Notes under the pieces: generated by a model
Told to the model about the DNA's origin: nothing
Database searches by the model: none
The model's input: only the letters and a program-made list of their open reading frames with translations
Part shown: positions 60,433 through 64,000 of the stretch, one piece after another
Layout: every line of letters begins with the position of its first letter
How positions within the stretch are numbered: position 1 is the first letter of the stretch
Translations under genes and position numbers: made by a program
Assembly (NCBI GenBank): GCA_963749705.1
Contig: CAVVNQ010000008.1
Span: forward strand, 224,001-288,000
Source: an uncultured Chloroflexia bacterium
Lineage (GTDB): Bacteria; Chloroflexota; Limnocylindria; Limnocylindrales; CSP1-4
Length of the DNA: 64,000 bases
Direction of reading: 5' to 3'

Positions 60433-60840
60433 GTGGTCAGCAAGCGCCTCCTCGAGCTTGTCACGGATCCCGCTGAACGGTCGTACCTCTCGGGGGAGGA
60501 CGGCTACTGGGCCGATATGGTCGTCGAAGAGCTGTCGTTCCTCGAGGCCCGCGGGTTCCGGATCGAGGCGATCCGTTTCCATCAGGAGGGCGACTCGATC
60601 ACCTACCGCGGACCAGAGGGTTCCGTCGAGTTCGGGTTCTTCCCGGACGCGGGTGACATCTCGGCGCGGGCCTCGCTGCGCACCTCTGCACTGAGGTACG
60701 ACGGCGACCTTGACGTTCTCGCTCGTCAGCTGCATCCCGACATGCCAACGCCGCCCAAGCTCCCGCTCCATCCGGAGACGATCTCCCGCAACGTGCAGTT
60801 CTGGGCGGATCTGCTCCACTCGGTGTCTGACACCGTGTAG
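60433..60840 (+). CDS. orphan protein
   Basis: 135-aa ORF with protein-like composition (LSFLEARGF). Confidence 0.65.
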   Translation: MVSKRLLELVTDPAERSYLSGEDGYWADMVVEELSFLEARGFRIEAIRFHQEGDSITYRGPEGSVEFGFFPDAGDISARASLRTSALRYDGDLDVLARQLHPDMPTPPKLPLHPETISRNVQFWADLLHSVSDTV

Positions 60841-60847
60841 GGGCACT

Positions 60848-61141
60848 GTGGGTGGTCGATTGACCGTCACTTACGTGCCGCCGGACGGCGACCTCGCCCT
60901 GTGTTTCCGGCCCGAGGGCGCTGGTCACGATGTCGACTTGCCGCTGTATCTCCGGGCCTGGCATAGCGACCTGCCGGACATCCTCGAGTACGGCGTCGCG
61001 GAGAGCGCGGCTAACGCCCTTGAGAATGCGCGCGCGTTTGCCAGCCGGGCTGATGCCCTTCGGGACCTCCTCGCAGGTGATCCGCGCGAGGTCCAGCGTG
61101 CCCTCGCGCTCCGGTGGTGGGATGTCCCTCTGCCCAGGTGA
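60848..61141 (+). CDS. orphan protein or fragment
   Basis: GTG 7 bp after previous stop; stop 13 bp before site copy 8. Confidence 0.5.
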   Translation: MGGRLTVTYVPPDGDLALCFRPEGAGHDVDLPLYLRAWHSDLPDILEYGVAESAANALENARAFASRADALRDLLAGDPREVQRALALRWWDVPLPR

Positions 61142-61154
61142 TCACCACCGGCAG

Positions 61155-61182
61155 CCGATGACCTTTCCGACACAGATTGCGA
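61155..61182 (+). repeat. 28-bp cassette-boundary site, copy 8
   Basis: CCGATGACCTT-TCCGAC-ACAGATTGCGA. Confidence 0.8.
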
Positions 61183-61355
61183 CGCGTGCGACCTGCCGCC
61201 CGGTACGTCTCCACCGCAACACCGTTCAAGGGCATCGGCGGGAGGGCCACAGACGATGAGCGAGGCTGAAGTCAGCGCCCGGCTGGCGACCCTCCCGTGT
61301 TCCTGGGTGAGTCCTGCTCCGCGACGACGTAGGGTTGACCCGCGCCGGCACCCCC

Positions 61356-61988
61356 TCAGCCTGGTTGGTCGTCAATCAGGCGGGGGAACACAACGTCGAG
61401 CGGGTCCATCCCCAAGGCCTTCCCTTTGTCTCTCGCCCATTTGAGCGCGGCCGACACGTCCTCCTCCGAAAGCGTTTGCTCAACCGGACTCCATGCCCGT
61501 ACGAACGTGATGACCCGGATCAGATCCGCCGCGTCGGCAATGACGCTTTCGAGGTCTGGCCATACGGTCGTTGGCTCCGCCAGTACCGCAATCTCCCACT
61601 CATCGGTGTCCATCGACTTGAGCGCGCTCTTCGCCGAATGGGCCTGGTCGTACATTCTCGCGGCATGGGCAATCGTCTCCGCAGCAGCCCTGCTGATGGA
61701 CGGAGGCAGGTCATCAACGTGCCGGGCTGCCGGGAGGATCAGACTCCAGGCGAAGATCGGGCCTCCCCACTCTTCCCGAAGCAGATCCATCGCTGCAGCT
61801 TCCGCCAGCACGCCGTTCGCATCTGCGCCAATGGCGATCATCCGCGCTGATGGGTCGGCGGCTAGTAGCTCCCGCAGGTTGCGGCGCTCTGTCGCTGGAT
61901 CCCGTGCCCCCAGCAGCGCAAGCAGCGGCTGGGCCCGGGCCAGAGAGAGCAGTTGGACCAACTGCCGCTCGATCACGAGTCCTGCCAC
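61356..61988 (-). CDS. orphan helical protein
   Basis: 210-aa ORF, atypical codon usage. Confidence 0.6.
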   Translation of the reverse strand: MAGLVIERQLVQLLSLARAQPLLALLGARDPATERRNLRELLAADPSARMIAIGADANGVLAEAAAMDLLREEWGGPIFAWSLILPAARHVDDLPPSISRAAAETIAHAARMYDQAHSAKSALKSMDTDEWEIAVLAEPTTVWPDLESVIADAADLIRVITFVRAWSPVEQTLSEEDVSAALKWARDKGKALGMDPLDVVFPRLIDDQPG

Positions 61989-62235
61989 CTCGTCATGCCC
62001 CTTCCCCGTCTCCGATTGGCCGGTTCGTGCTTTCGCATCGACACTTTGGGCGAGTTCTACGACGAGGCCTGGCTCATGGCCTCTTGATCACGGCGTGTGT
62101 AGCGGCCCGTCTAGCTGTGGGGCGATTGATCTCCCGAAACTGACCTTCGTGTCATGGGAGCTGTCACGGTCGAGTCCAAACGCCGACCAGTCGACCGGCG
62201 AGTTCTACGACAACGACCGGCTACTCGCCCTCTGA

Positions 62236-62640
62236 TCAGCGGCCGGCCTTCGCCGCCAAGATCAACAGGATTGTGCCTATCGCGAGAGCGCCCACCCAAA
62301 CGATCACGAGCGTCTTGAAGGCAGGCATTCTGAAGGCGGCGCGCCGTCGCTCGACAGCCAGCGGGCCTTCACCTCGGCGAGATTGATACACCCAGGCTGC
62401 CACGACGGCTGCGTTCAGCGTGAGGAGGATCACGATCCACGTTTGATCGCCGAGAATGCCGCCCAGGACGGGCATGGCGAGAACCACGACGACAAGCCCG
62501 GCAGCCAGCACGGCGAGGCGAGGTGCTTGGCGTCGAACGGCTCCGCTTCCTCCACCCAGATATATCGCGCCGACGGTAAACGCCATCGTTCCGATCACGA
62601 TGAACGCGCCGAACAGCACGAGGGCGGGGCTGGACATCAC
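62236..62640 (-). CDS. four-TM orphan membrane protein
   Basis: Four hydrophobic segments. Confidence 0.7.
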   Translation of the reverse strand: MMSSPALVLFGAFIVIGTMAFTVGAIYLGGGSGAVRRQAPRLAVLAAGLVVVVLAMPVLGGILGDQTWIVILLTLNAAVVAAWVYQSRRGEGPLAVERRRAAFRMPAFKTLVIVWVGALAIGTILLILAAKAGR

Positions 62641-62730
62641 GCCTCAAGCATCGGCTCACCATGGCCGAACCGCAAGTTGGTCAAGGCGCAGGAGTCGTGA
62701 ATACCCACTGCAGCCGTTCTTGGCCTGCGG

Positions 62731-63237
62731 TCAGCCGATGCTTCTGGCCGTGCCGGTTCGGTCGAGGCAGAGGAACCGTCCGCCCAGGCTGCCATCCGGG
62801 GTGACGCCGGTGAAGTCGTGGGCTTTGGGGATCCGCAGATGCGTCTCGATCCCGCCTCGGGCGTTGCTGAGTGTGATCTCGATCCAGTCTCCATCCACGC
62901 GGCCCCTCGCCGCGACCTGCCAGCAGGCGGGGTCGTCGCCCGACGGCCGCCCGGCGTATCCCCAGGTCGGCGTTTCATCGCCCGCGAGCAGCAGGTCGCC
63001 GATGGCCGCGACGCTGCTCGCGATGAATGACGACACCTGGACCTCGCCCGGTCGCCCGTCGAGCGTGTAGAAGTAACCGGCGCCGGGAGCGCCAGACCGC
63101 TCGGCGGTGATGACGCCGGCCAGTGTCACGGTGTAGACGGCGACGGGCTTGCGCTTCAGCTCGCCGACCCCGAGCAAGATCCACGCCAGCACCACCCCGA
63201 TGACGCCGACGATGACCCACTTGCTCATTGCGACCAT
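62731..63237 (-). CDS. membrane-anchored orphan protein
   Basis: N-terminal TM then beta-rich domain with two Cys. Confidence 0.65.
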   Translation of the reverse strand: MVAMSKWVIVGVIGVVLAWILLGVGELKRKPVAVYTVTLAGVITAERSGAPGAGYFYTLDGRPGEVQVSSFIASSVAAIGDLLLAGDETPTWGYAGRPSGDDPACWQVAARGRVDGDWIEITLSNARGGIETHLRIPKAHDFTGVTPDGSLGGRFLCLDRTGTARSIG

Positions 63238-63317
63238 CGGACGGGACTCACCCGTTCACATTGATCGCGGTGGCGCGCACCTGCAACTGGTTCGAATGTC
63301 CTCGGTGTGCTCGGGAC

Positions 63318-63345
63318 CACGTTACATTCCCGACACACATTGCGA
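63318..63345 (+). repeat. 28-bp cassette-boundary site, copy 9
   Basis: CACGTTACATT-CCCGAC-ACACATTGCGA. Confidence 0.85.
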
Positions 63346-63497
63346 GATGGCGCGCCGTGCGCCATGGTGGGTCCGCTTCGTGCGCCATGGGAGCCAGCCG
63401 GACGCACGAGGGAACGTTTGGGTCGGCGTTGGCGTTCGATCGTCACACGTTCGCCATCCCGCCGTCACAGCGAGCACATTGACGGAGTCGGGAGGAG

Positions 63498-64000
63498 ATG
63501 AAGGTGGGGACGCTCCGGTTGCTGGCAGGGGTGGTGGCTGTCGCCTTCGTGGTGTCGGCATGCGCCGATACCTCATCCCCCACCGCCTCACCCGCTCCCT
63601 CGATGCAGCAGGCCTCGCCCACGCCGACGGCCATGGAAGCGACGCCGAGTTCCGTTGCCCCGACCCCGACCCCGGTCCCTCCGCTGGCGATCGACGATCT
63701 CCCCCGTGTCGAGCTCGCGGACGTCGACGCGACCGCCGTCTGCGACCCCGAGCCAAGCCAGGCGAACATCGACGCCGGCGAGTCCACGGTCCACTGTTCC
63801 GACGGGCTCGGCCTGGCGCTCGCGGTCATTCGCACGGTGACGCAGGATCCGGCGATCCGTCTCTATCTTCACCTCCCGACCTGCGCGTCGGTGCCGTGTT
63901 CGGAGGATGAGCTGAGCACGGCGGAGGTCACCATCTGGACGGAATCGCTGGCCTTCAAGGTCCAGTTCGACTCGCGTCTCCATTCCGTGCAACAGCCGGT
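63498..64000 (+). CDS. lipoprotein, truncated by window end
   Basis: GGAGGAG RBS; MKVGTLRLLAGVVAVAFVVSAC lipobox, Pro/Thr linker; no stop before 64000 so absent from ORF track. Confidence 0.75.
   Translation, partial: MKVGTLRLLAGVVAVAFVVSACADTSSPTASPAPSMQQASPTPTAMEATPSSVAPTPTPVPPLAIDDLPRVELADVDATAVCDPEPSQANIDAGESTVHCSDGLGLALAVIRTVTQDPAIRLYLHLPTCASVPCSEDELSTAEVTIWTESLAFKVQFDSRLHSVQQP

Noticed and set aside
63206-63233. Partial 28-bp site match (right arm GCTCATTGCGA)
   Set aside because: Lies within the start of a minus-strand ORF and the left arm is poor; cannot be told from chance.
53432-63345. CRISPR array or classical integron interpretation of the 28-bp repeats
   Set aside because: Spacings are 450-2500 bp and contain whole genes; no cas genes, no attC palindromes with RYYYAAC/GTTRRRY ends and no intI in the window.

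Overview
Very GC-rich bacterial chromosomal window. Gene content and style suggest an actinobacterial or Chloroflexota-type organism; this is inference only. No rRNA, tRNA, CRISPR array, integrase or transposase is recognisable. Bases 1-52,200 are mostly ordinary genes: a C-terminal-GG small protein coupled to a DUF4132 protein, an SPFH/RHH pair, aldehyde dehydrogenase, signal peptidase I, a YcaQ-type glycosylase, an RpoD-family sigma factor, an ApbE/ferric-reductase/NuoF-like/ferredoxin/two-component/GT39 cluster, a NarL-type two-component system with membrane-protein genes, and a purine/pyrimidine-catabolism-like cluster containing an in-frame Xdh-SsnA fusion and two carbamoyltransferases. 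The standout is ~52,200-64,000. It is a run of short, unrelated, mixed-orientation orphan genes, many of them lipoproteins, punctuated by at least nine same-orientation copies of a 28-bp site. The site has an 11-6-11 layout (CRGRTGACATT-N6-ACACATTGCGA) and lies between genes, three times supplying the upstream gene's TGA stop. This looks like a gene-cassette array built on a non-attC recombination site; no recombinase is in the window. Start codons were picked by eye and family assignments are from recalled motifs, not database searches.
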